DNA from: Treponemataceae bacterium
Lineage (GTDB): Bacteria > Spirochaetota > Spirochaetia > Treponematales > Rectinemataceae
Assembly: GCA_963678065.2 (NCBI GenBank)
Contig: CAXXVZ010000005.1
Span: 928,001-992,000 of the forward strand
DNA length: 64,000 nt
Reading direction: 5' to 3'
Shown here: positions 56,096 through 64,000 of the stretch, one piece after another
Numbering within the stretch: position 1 is the stretch's first letter
Layout of the letters: every line of letters begins with the position of its first letter
Program-made: the position numbers and the translations under genes
The notes under the pieces: model-generated
Databases searched by the model: none
What the model saw: only the letters and a program-made list of their open reading frames with translations
Told to the model about the DNA's origin: nothing

Positions 56096-57651
56096 AGAAT
56101 TGTTTCGTACCGATAAAAGAGTCCCTGAGAACCTTGTTGGGAAACGAGTATGTCGACCGGGCGATAAAGGCCGCGGGGTTTTTCGAGCCGGAGCGGCTGG
56201 GCGAAATCAGAGACGCCGCCGACGAAGTGGTCGATTTCTACCCCGAAAGCATGAGAGCCAGGTGCGACGAACTGCTCGCATCGGTCGGATCGGTGGTCTG
56301 CCCCGAGTTGGCCGATCAGACGGCCGGAGCGCCGACGGATTCATTCAGGAAGGCCCAGAACAACAAGGCTTCGCCGATCGCCGGCTACGGCTTTCTGCGT
56401 ATCGCCCAGAACGGGAAGCTGTACCTGGTTTCGAAGAGCGAACACTACCACGCCTCGCTCGGGCACAGCTTCCCTGGTTACCGCCTGATCGAGAACGCGA
56501 AAAAGCTCGGAATCGCCAACATCACCCACAACAATACGCGCGGACACATACAGCGCCTCCTTGAACGGGAACTGGTGCGCGTCATCAACGACATCGAGGA
56601 AGGAGAGGCCGCCGAATCGCTCATCGACGCGGCCATCGCTTCGGCCGAGCCCCACACGCTCAATCGCGTCATCAATCTCGAGACGGGCAGCATAGCCTGC
56701 GAAGCGGCCCTGAAAATGATGCTGGCCCGATTCTACAGCCACGAAGCCACGGGAAAGAAACCGGAATACGCGGGAAAGACGCCCGTCATTCTCGTCATGG
56801 CCGACAACGACGGAGGATTGCAGGCCAATTACCATGGCACCAATATCTTCAACCAGATGCTGCGCGGGATGTGGCCCGGCATGTACGAAAAGCTCGAACG
56901 GTCGGGAACGATGATCGTCAGGCCGGTGCGGATCAACGACGCGGAGCATTTCAGGAAGACGGTCGAAGAGTGGGAGGGCGGCGCATTCAAGATCGCCGGA
57001 TTCTTCCACGAGATAATCCTCATGAATTACGGGGCGATCAAACTCGACAGGGAATACCTGCGCGAGGCGTACAGAATATGCGAGTCCCGCGATATTCCCG
57101 TATGCTGCGACGAGATACAGTCCTGCATCTGGTATCCCGACCTCTTCCTGTTCAAGGAATACGGCCTTGAGCCGGATTTCGTCACGCTCGGGAAAGGGTT
57201 CCCGGGAGGACAGTATCCCGCCTCGAAAGTGATCACGACGGCAGCCATGGACAATCTGAGCCAGTTCGGCGCCCTCGTGACGAACGGGCAGGAAGAGCTG
57301 GCCGCGATCTCGTACCTCGTGACCATGAAGTTCGCGCTCGCCAACCGGGATATCACGGTGAAGGTCGGCGATTATTTCGAGACCAGCCTGCGAGAGGTGG
57401 CCGCCCGGCATTCCGGTCTCGTCAACAAAGTGGAGGGATTCCGCCTCCTCGCCTCGCTCTATTTCCACTCCGCGGACAAGGCCATCGCCTTCGTGAAGCT
57501 CCTCAACGGACAGTGCATCGATATCAGCGCGCACACATACAAGGCGAACTGCGAACCTTCGGCGCTGATGAAGCTGCCGCTCACCGCGACCTTCGCGCTC
57601 GCGGATTTCATGACAACGCGGATCGACGCGGCCCTCGCCGCGCTCGAATGA
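56083..57651 (+). CDS. Divergent class III PLP-dependent aminotransferase-like protein
   Basis: SLGH, TGSIACEAALK, NYHG, DEIQS, PDFVTLGKG (PLP lysine). Confidence 0.82.
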   Translation: MSDIKNCFVPIKESLRTLLGNEYVDRAIKAAGFFEPERLGEIRDAADEVVDFYPESMRARCDELLASVGSVVCPELADQTAGAPTDSFRKAQNNKASPIAGYGFLRIAQNGKLYLVSKSEHYHASLGHSFPGYRLIENAKKLGIANITHNNTRGHIQRLLERELVRVINDIEEGEAAESLIDAAIASAEPHTLNRVINLETGSIACEAALKMMLARFYSHEATGKKPEYAGKTPVILVMADNDGGLQANYHGTNIFNQMLRGMWPGMYEKLERSGTMIVRPVRINDAEHFRKTVEEWEGGAFKIAGFFHEIILMNYGAIKLDREYLREAYRICESRDIPVCCDEIQSCIWYPDLFLFKEYGLEPDFVTLGKGFPGGQYPASKVITTAAMDNLSQFGALVTNGQEELAAISYLVTMKFALANRDITVKVGDYFETSLREVAARHSGLVNKVEGFRLLASLYFHSADKAIAFVKLLNGQCIDISAHTYKANCEPSALMKLPLTATFALADFMTTRIDAALAALE

Positions 57652-57764
57652 GGCGAGGATAAGGAAGCATGGACGCGGTGGCGCGCAACCCGCAGGTTCT
57701 CGTGCGCTCGTCCTCGGAATTTCCCTTCGTCCCTGCGGCAGTACTATGAAAGCGGAGGTCTCAG

Positions 57765-58847
57765 ATGGACATCGAGAGAATCGTCGCTCAGTATGAAGAG
57801 AGGCGGGAAAGCGTTTATGCCCTAATTTCCGGCCTGTATAATCCCGCGGGCGCGACGAAATTCATGGTCCGTCAGATCGTGCCCGCCAATCTCTGGCACG
57901 ACTGCAACGACATTCCGCGCATCGTCGAAAACAATCTCGATTTTTTTGCCCGGCAGCTGGCGACGCCGAGCGACGATCTGCCTTTTCTCGAACCCTGGAT
58001 CGGCACGGGCGTCTACGCGAACGCATTCGGCTGCGACTATATCTGGCGCGAGAAAGAGGCGCCCGCGACCCAGTACCGCTATCACTCGATCGATGAGCTC
58101 GGGGACCTGTCCTACCCCGACTGGAAGGAAAGTCCCGTCATGCGCATGGTGCTCTCCTGCATCGACGCCTTGCACGAGAGCACCGGAGGCAGACTCCCCA
58201 TATCGCTCACCGACACGCAGTCGGCCTTCGACACGGCGACCCTCATCCTCGATGCCGCCGAGCTTTTCACCGCCTGCTATACCGAAGAGGACGCGGTCCA
58301 CGGTTTCATGACGCAGATAAACAAGCTCATCATCGAGTTTTCACGGGTACAGACAGAGCGCATCGGCGCCGGCATGGTCGCGAGCCCGGGCCATCAGATG
58401 CCGGGGATGCCCGGAATCGGAGGACTCTCGCTCAGCGACGACAACCTCGCCGTCGCGTCGCCCCACATAAACGAACTCATATCGTTCCCGCAGAACCGCT
58501 CGCTGGCGGAGGCCTTCGGCGGTCTCGCCATCCACAGCTGCGGCCGCTGGGCCCACACGATGGCGCTTCTCGACAGACTGCCCGGCACGACGATGATCGA
58601 CTGCGCGCTTTCTCCTGACTGCGATCCGTCCTGGAACGAGCCGGAAGAAGTGCGCGATGCCCTGGCCGGCAAGAACATCGTGGCGAAGGTCCGCACCGGC
58701 TGCGATGTGGAAAAGACCATCGACATGCTCGCGAGACTGTACCATCCGAGCCTCAAGCTCTGCGTCGAGATAGGTTTCGACGAGGCTCGCGCGGAGGAGA
58801 ATCATGACCGCGTGCGAAGGGCGCTCGAGTCGCTCTATTTCGGATGA
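57765..58847 (+). CDS. Uroporphyrinogen decarboxylase/MtaA-fold protein
   Basis: DTQSAFDTA, LSDD, IHSCG. Confidence 0.7.
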   Translation: MDIERIVAQYEERRESVYALISGLYNPAGATKFMVRQIVPANLWHDCNDIPRIVENNLDFFARQLATPSDDLPFLEPWIGTGVYANAFGCDYIWREKEAPATQYRYHSIDELGDLSYPDWKESPVMRMVLSCIDALHESTGGRLPISLTDTQSAFDTATLILDAAELFTACYTEEDAVHGFMTQINKLIIEFSRVQTERIGAGMVASPGHQMPGMPGIGGLSLSDDNLAVASPHINELISFPQNRSLAEAFGGLAIHSCGRWAHTMALLDRLPGTTMIDCALSPDCDPSWNEPEEVRDALAGKNIVAKVRTGCDVEKTIDMLARLYHPSLKLCVEIGFDEARAEENHDRVRRALESLYFG

Positions 58848-58901
58848 CGAGGGAATCCGCTCGCTCGCGGCCCGACGGCCGTCTCATTCCGCACGGCCGG
58901 C

Positions 58902-59552
58902 TCATTCCGCGATGAGGGGCCCCACGTAGGAATGCGAGAAATCCATGTCGGCGAGAAGGGCTTCGTTGAAGGCACCGGGATCTTTTCGCGCGAAGGCTTC
59001 GATCAGCGAGCGGTGTATATGGAAGGATCGACCTGAGTCCTGGCTTTGGAAATTGATCGAGAGATAGGGGCCAATCCGCGCCCAGAGCCCATTCACGATC
59101 TCGAGCAGTATCGGGCAATCCGCGAACGAATAGATGAAAAAATGCATGTCGTGATTCAGGGCGATGAAGCGCTTCGCGTCGATCTTTGCCCCGCCCATCT
59201 CATCGAGAATGCGCGAGGCTTCATCGATGGCGCTCTCCGGCCTCAAGAGACAGGCCCGCTCCCCGAGGCGGGGCTCGAGAATCCTCCGTATCGAAAAAAT
59301 CTCCTCGAACTGAGCCCGGTTGAGCGTGTTGATGCGATAATCTCTGTTGTCCCGCCGGAGGACGACCTTATCGGACTCCAGCTGGACCAGAGCCTCTCTG
59401 ACCGGCGCGACGCTGACACCGAATTTGGCGGAGAGGTCCCGCAAGGTTATGGATTCTCCCGGTAAAAGTTCCCCGGCGATGATGAGATCCCGCAGGCTCG
59501 CGTAGACTTTGGCCCGGAGGGTCTCCTTGCTGATAGCGGCTATCTCGGCCAT
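58902..59552 (-). CDS. GntR (FCD) family transcriptional regulator
   Basis: VYASLRDLIIAGELLPG, FGVSVAPVREAL. Confidence 0.9.
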   Translation of the reverse strand: MAEIAAISKETLRAKVYASLRDLIIAGELLPGESITLRDLSAKFGVSVAPVREALVQLESDKVVLRRDNRDYRINTLNRAQFEEIFSIRRILEPRLGERACLLRPESAIDEASRILDEMGGAKIDAKRFIALNHDMHFFIYSFADCPILLEIVNGLWARIGPYLSINFQSQDSGRSFHIHRSLIEAFARKDPGAFNEALLADMDFSHSYVGPLIAE

Positions 59553-59673
59553 GTACCTTGTGCTCCCGGCATCCAGCCAAGCGGTTCCGACCGCGGGATG
59601 CGCTCGCCCGAATGGGTGGATAGAGTATAGAGACTGCACCTTCTCCGTACAAGATCGCCGAAAACCGTCTCCA

Positions 59674-61242
59674 CTACTTTTTGTCCGGGAATGAGATCAT
59701 CCCGTCCCAGCTGTTGAGAACCTTCCCCGCCCGCGCCTCCTCCTCAGAAAACCAGTGTGCGGTCACACTCTTCAGTTCCGTGAAGAACCGGATGCCGTCC
59801 GTCCCCATCGCGTGCAGATCCCCGAAAAACGAGTTCTTGTGCCCCGTGAACCCGAACACCCCCAGCGGCACGGGAATCCCGACGTTGACCCCCACCTGCC
59901 CGCCATGCGTCCGCTTCGCAAACTCCCGCGCATAGTACCCACTCTGCGTGTAGATCACCGAACCGTTCGCATACTCGTTCCCGTTCATGAGCGCAAGTCC
60001 CTCCTCGAAGTCCTTCACCCGCTTGATGCACAGAACGGGTCCGAAGACCTCTTTGTCCCCGATGCTCATCCCCGGTTTCACGTGATCGAAGAGCGTTGGT
60101 CCGACATAGAACCCTTTTTCGTAGCCCTTCACGACGACATCCCGTCCGTCCAGCACGAGTTCGGCCCCCTCCTTCACTCCCTTCCCGATCCAGTCGACGA
60201 CGAATGCGCGGTGTTCCGCGTTCACCACCGGCCCCATCTGGCTCGACGCTTCGTACGCCGGCCCCACGGTGAGCTCCGACATGAGCTTCGCGAGGATCGC
60301 CACGAGTTCATCCGCAATCTCTTCCTCTACAACGACCGCGGGCAGGGCCATGCAGCGCTCGCCCGCACAGCCGCAGGCCGAGTTGACGATACCCCGGGCT
60401 GTGCGCTCAAGGGCGGCATCCTTGAGCACGAGCGCATGGTTCTTCGCCTCCGTGAGGCACTGCACCCGCTTCCCCGCGGCCGCCGCCGTGGCGTAGATAT
60501 GTCTCCCCACCCCCGTCGAGCCCACGAAGGATATCCCCCTCACATCGGGATGCCCGAGGAGTATCTCCGCCTCATGCCTCGAACAGGTGACCAGATTGAG
60601 CACCCCGGGTGGCAATCCCGCCTCGGCCCAGAGCTCCATGATCCGCATCGAGGTCTGCGGCGTGAAGCTCGCCGCTTTGATGACCATCGTGTTCCCCGTG
60701 GCGATGCACAGGGGCGCCATCCAGCCCATCGGAATCATGGCCGGGAAGTTCCAGGGCGCTATCCCCGCGAAGACTCCCAGGCTCTCCATGTACTGCGTCG
60801 TGTCGTAGCCCGTCGTGCAGTTCATGAGGGCGGGACCCTTCATGAGCTGCGGGATACCGCAGGCGAACTCCACGACTTCCGTGACCTTGAGCACATCGCC
60901 CATCGCCTCGCCCAGCACCTTGCCGTTCTCGCGGGCGCAGAGCTGTGTGAGTTCGTCGAGATGTTTGTCCAGAAGGGCCTTCATCCGGAACAGCACCTGC
61001 ACGCGCTTGTTCGGCGGGGTATCCGACCAGGCGGGGTAGGCCGCCGCGGCCGAAGCGACCGCCGATTCGACCTCATCTGAGGTGCACTGGGGTGCGCGGG
61101 CGATGATTTCGCCCGTGGACGGATTGTAACAATCCATGTACTTGTCGGTCTTCGAAGTCTTCCACCCGCCATCGACCCAGTACTGAAGCTGCCGCACTCC
61201 GGCCGCAGCATCGGTTTTATCATTACCCATATCGTTATCCAT
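59674..61242 (-). CDS. mmsA: CoA-acylating (methyl)malonate-semialdehyde dehydrogenase family
   Basis: PWNFPAMIP, ISFVGST, EAKNH, AGERCMAL, EVFGPV, GVNVGIPVP, SFFGDLH. Confidence 0.9.
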   Translation of the reverse strand: MDNDMGNDKTDAAAGVRQLQYWVDGGWKTSKTDKYMDCYNPSTGEIIARAPQCTSDEVESAVASAAAAYPAWSDTPPNKRVQVLFRMKALLDKHLDELTQLCARENGKVLGEAMGDVLKVTEVVEFACGIPQLMKGPALMNCTTGYDTTQYMESLGVFAGIAPWNFPAMIPMGWMAPLCIATGNTMVIKAASFTPQTSMRIMELWAEAGLPPGVLNLVTCSRHEAEILLGHPDVRGISFVGSTGVGRHIYATAAAAGKRVQCLTEAKNHALVLKDAALERTARGIVNSACGCAGERCMALPAVVVEEEIADELVAILAKLMSELTVGPAYEASSQMGPVVNAEHRAFVVDWIGKGVKEGAELVLDGRDVVVKGYEKGFYVGPTLFDHVKPGMSIGDKEVFGPVLCIKRVKDFEEGLALMNGNEYANGSVIYTQSGYYAREFAKRTHGGQVGVNVGIPVPLGVFGFTGHKNSFFGDLHAMGTDGIRFFTELKSVTAHWFSEEEARAGKVLNSWDGMISFPDKK

Positions 61243-61278
61243 ATCGTTCCTCCCGGAAATCCATCTACACAGTTTGGT

Positions 61279-62313
61279 TCATAGCGCGAAGGCTTCGATC
61301 GGCGCCCAGCCCGTCTCCACGAATTGGGCGAGCGTTTTCTGGACGACGCCGAAGGTTATAAACTCCGCCGGCTTCAGCCCATCAGGTTCGTATGCGCGGA
61401 TGAACTCAGGGATAGCGGACAGCCTTTTCAGAACAGCGGGTTCGACCGGGACGTCTATGCGTTCCTCGAACGGCCCGTCGAGCTTCGCGAGCATCGCCTG
61501 AATCTTCGGGTGAACGGAGAACGACATATCGGCGCCGGCCAGGCTCGTCGCGTGATACGCGCCGCGCATACCTGCGGGCATCAGCACGGCATCGTATCCC
61601 CGTTCGGCGAAAACAGCCCGCGCCCGTTTCATTATCGCCGTCCCGCATTGCACAATGTCCGATTCCAGAACCTCTGCCCTGCTGTCCGCCGCGACATCCC
61701 GGATGTAGTCGTCGATGCGGCCGACCATGACCACGGCGAAGCAGCGCCCAGGCGCGAGGCCGGAGGCCTTCGCCCTCATCGAGCCCCGCCGGTATCGCTC
61801 GGCCGCGGCCAGGGCCTGCGCCAGCGTAAAGCCCACCGTGGCGGTGACGGTGATGCCCAGGGCAGCGCACTCCTCGAGCGCCTCGAGGCCCGCCGCCGTG
61901 GCCGGCAGCTTTACGGCGATATTGGGCGCCCACGCGGCCAGCCTCTGCGCCATCCTGAACATGCCCTCGGCGTCGCCCGGCTTCCGTGGATTCACCTGCG
62001 CGCAGGCGTAGCCTTGAGACCCTCCGCTCGCGCGGTAGACAGGCTCCACCATGGTCGCGGCCGCGCGCGTGACGACCTCGAGTATCGCCTCCGCTTTTTG
62101 TGCGCTATCGGCAGCGGCGGGGATTTTTGCCAGAAGAGGGCGCCAGAAATCCGGTATCGCTGCCAGCGATGTCGCGACCAGCGGGGGATTCGTCGTGATA
62201 CCGGTCGCGCCATTCTCGATGCCCGCCCTTATTTCGCTGGGATCGGCAGAATCGTGCCACCATTTTGTGGGCGTGTTCGTCGACATCCACTGAAGAAATC
62301 TATTTTCCGCCAT
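61279..62313 (-). CDS. Transaldolase-family protein
   Basis: WWHDS, GITTNP, NIAVKLP, VGRIDD. Confidence 0.88.
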   Translation of the reverse strand: MAENRFLQWMSTNTPTKWWHDSADPSEIRAGIENGATGITTNPPLVATSLAAIPDFWRPLLAKIPAAADSAQKAEAILEVVTRAAATMVEPVYRASGGSQGYACAQVNPRKPGDAEGMFRMAQRLAAWAPNIAVKLPATAAGLEALEECAALGITVTATVGFTLAQALAAAERYRRGSMRAKASGLAPGRCFAVVMVGRIDDYIRDVAADSRAEVLESDIVQCGTAIMKRARAVFAERGYDAVLMPAGMRGAYHATSLAGADMSFSVHPKIQAMLAKLDGPFEERIDVPVEPAVLKRLSAIPEFIRAYEPDGLKPAEFITFGVVQKTLAQFVETGWAPIEAFAL

Positions 62314-62367
62314 ATGCTTTTTTCTCCTTCGCCCCCACCACGGGCTGCGCGGACAGGGTTACCTCAG

Positions 62368-63426
62368 TCAGGTCCACCTCGGCGATGTTCCGTCGGTTCC
62401 GTAGATCTCGAGGGGCGCCCACCCTGCCTCGATGAACTGCGAGAGCGTCCGCTGGGCAAGGCCGAACGTAAAGAACTCGTGCGGGGCGAGGCCATCAGGC
62501 TCGTAGGCCCGCGCGAACTCAGGAATTCTTGAGAGTCTGTCGATCACGCTCTTCCCGATGGGGACGTCGAAGCGGGTCTCCTGCGGGGGATCGGCCTCCA
62601 GTATCATCCTCTGGATGCGCGGGTGGAGCGAGAATGTCATATTCGCCCCGGCGAGTTCCGTGAGGTGGTACACGCCGCGCAGGCCGGCGGGCATAATCAC
62701 GGTCTCGTAGCCCCGGGCCCCGGCGATCTCGTACGAGCGCTTGGCGACGGCCAACCCTGCCTGCGCGATTTCTTCGGCGGCGAAATCGAGGCCGAGGTCC
62801 CTCGCGACGTCGCGGATGTAATCGTCCAGCCTCCCGACCTGCTGCACCGCGAAGCAGGGCCGCGTCGCTATTCCATTCCTGCGCGCCCGACAAAGCCCCT
62901 TCCGGTAGCTCTCCGACACCGCGATGAACTGGGCCACCGAGAAGTTGATGGTCGCACAGACGGCGACGCCCTCCGCGGCGAGTTCCTCCAGCACCTCGAT
63001 CCCGGCAGCCGTGCTCGGAAGCTTTACGGCGACATTGGGTGCCCAGCGCGAGACCCTGCGGGCCATCTCGAGCATGCACAGGGCGTCCGTCGCCTTCGTC
63101 GGATCGAGCTGGCCAAAGGCGTATCCGTGGAGGCCGTGCGTCGCGCGGAATATCGGCTCGACCATACCGGCGGCGCGCGTGGCCACCGCCTCGAGGCAAG
63201 CCTCGGCGCGCCGCTCGTGCGCGACCGAGGCCGGAATGGCTTCGACTAGTTTCTTCCAGTATTCCGGGCGGGCCTGCAAGGTCTTGTAGGTCAACACCGG
63301 GTTCGTCGTGACGCCCAGAGCGCCATTTCTGACGGCGGATTCGATCTCATCGGGTATCGCGGAATCGTGCCACCATCTGGTCGGCGTATCCTCGGTCAAC
63401 CACTGCAGATAGTTCCTTTTGTCCAT
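62368..63426 (-). CDS. Transaldolase-family protein (paralog)
   Basis: WWHDS, GVTTNP, NVAVKLP, VGRLDD. Confidence 0.88.
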   Translation of the reverse strand: MDKRNYLQWLTEDTPTRWWHDSAIPDEIESAVRNGALGVTTNPVLTYKTLQARPEYWKKLVEAIPASVAHERRAEACLEAVATRAAGMVEPIFRATHGLHGYAFGQLDPTKATDALCMLEMARRVSRWAPNVAVKLPSTAAGIEVLEELAAEGVAVCATINFSVAQFIAVSESYRKGLCRARRNGIATRPCFAVQQVGRLDDYIRDVARDLGLDFAAEEIAQAGLAVAKRSYEIAGARGYETVIMPAGLRGVYHLTELAGANMTFSLHPRIQRMILEADPPQETRFDVPIGKSVIDRLSRIPEFARAYEPDGLAPHEFFTFGLAQRTLSQFIEAGWAPLEIYGTDGTSPRWT

Positions 63427-63453
63427 TTCTCGCCTGCCTTGAGGATCGGGGGA

Positions 63454-64000
63454 TCAATCGGCAGGGAAGAACATCCCCTTGATGCCCCTCTCGTCCTGAA
63501 TGTCCTTAAAAACACGCTCCCATTCCCCGATCCCCGTCCGGTGCGTGATGAGCCTGGACAGGTCATACGGTGTAGAGGCCATCAGCTTGAGCGCTTTGTC
63601 CCAGGAGCTGTAGCTCGAGCTGAAGTTGAAATGGAGATCCAGCGCCTTGAACATCGCGGAGTTCCACTTGATCCGGGCCATATCCCCGGCTCCGAGTCCT
63701 ATGGCGCATATCCTTCCGCAGGTCTTGGCCATATCGACGATCTGCACTATCGCGGGATTCGAGCCGCTCGTCTCGATGACGAGATCGGCGCCCTTCCCCT
63801 GTGTCATTTCGAGCACCTTTTTTACAGGGTCCTGCCGCTCCACGTTGATGACCTCGTCGACGCCGAGGGACAGGGCTACGGGGAAGCGGACGGCTTCGCT
63901 CTTCTCCATGCCCGTCATGACGACCCTGTGGGCACCGCAGGACTTGGCCACGAAGGCGGCCAGGATGCCGATGGGCCCCGCGCCTGTCACCACGACGAAA
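63454..64000 (-). CDS. Zinc-binding (MDR) dehydrogenase, C-terminal part (5' end outside the window)
   Basis: VTGAGPIG, GADLVIETSG, LITHR. Confidence 0.85.
   Translation of the reverse strand, partial: FVVVTGAGPIGILAAFVAKSCGAHRVVMTGMEKSEAVRFPVALSLGVDEVINVERQDPVKKVLEMTQGKGADLVIETSGSNPAIVQIVDMAKTCGRICAIGLGAGDMARIKWNSAMFKALDLHFNFSSSYSSWDKALKLMASTPYDLSRLITHRTGIGEWERVFKDIQDERGIKGMFFPAD

Noticed and set aside
35218..61242. Canonical myo-inositol (iol) pathway
   Set aside because: IolB-, IolE-fold and IolA-like genes occur in separate operons, but no IolD or intact IolG is present in the window.
14773..62532. Many long antisense or alternate-frame ORFs (e.g. 14773-16395, 18556-20025, 26368-27945, 34828-36375, 50053-51903)
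   Set aside because: They are shadow ORFs typical of GC-rich coding DNA, overlap well-supported genes and have no recognisable motifs.

Overview
GC-rich bacterial chromosomal window, probably from a spirochaete (inferred from gene content, not proven). The AT-rich left end (1-5076) holds an integron-like element. It has a tyrosine recombinase with all catalytic residues that lacks the IntI-specific insertion and has an extra N-terminal HARP-like domain. The recombinase gene is co-oriented with an attI-like site and an array of at least five cassettes separated by ~140-bp structured attC-like repeats. Two cassettes are near-identical ORF-less ~255-bp units, and every cassette has its own 17-24-bp terminal inverted repeat. 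Housekeeping genes follow: thrB/thrC, ferritin, nitroreductase, tag, an outer-membrane protein, a patatin, a 2-oxoacid oxidoreductase operon with a GltD-like/delta fusion, a CNNM/HlyC protein and a TolC-MacA-MacB exporter. From 25.1 kb to the end is a large carbohydrate-catabolism region. It contains an RpiR-linked locus with sulfoglycolysis-like genes (SqvD/SftI-like isomerase, PfkB kinase, class II aldolase, DUF4867), a YgcU-like oxidoreductase/FGGY/ETF module, IolB, an ABC importer and a LarA-family enzyme. A DeoR-linked locus (ABC importer, AraA-like isomerase, amidohydrolase, FGGY kinase, class III aminotransferase, UroD-fold protein) and a GntR/MmsA/twin transaldolase-family/Zn-dehydrogenase operon complete it. 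All assignments come from motif recognition by eye; no searches were run.
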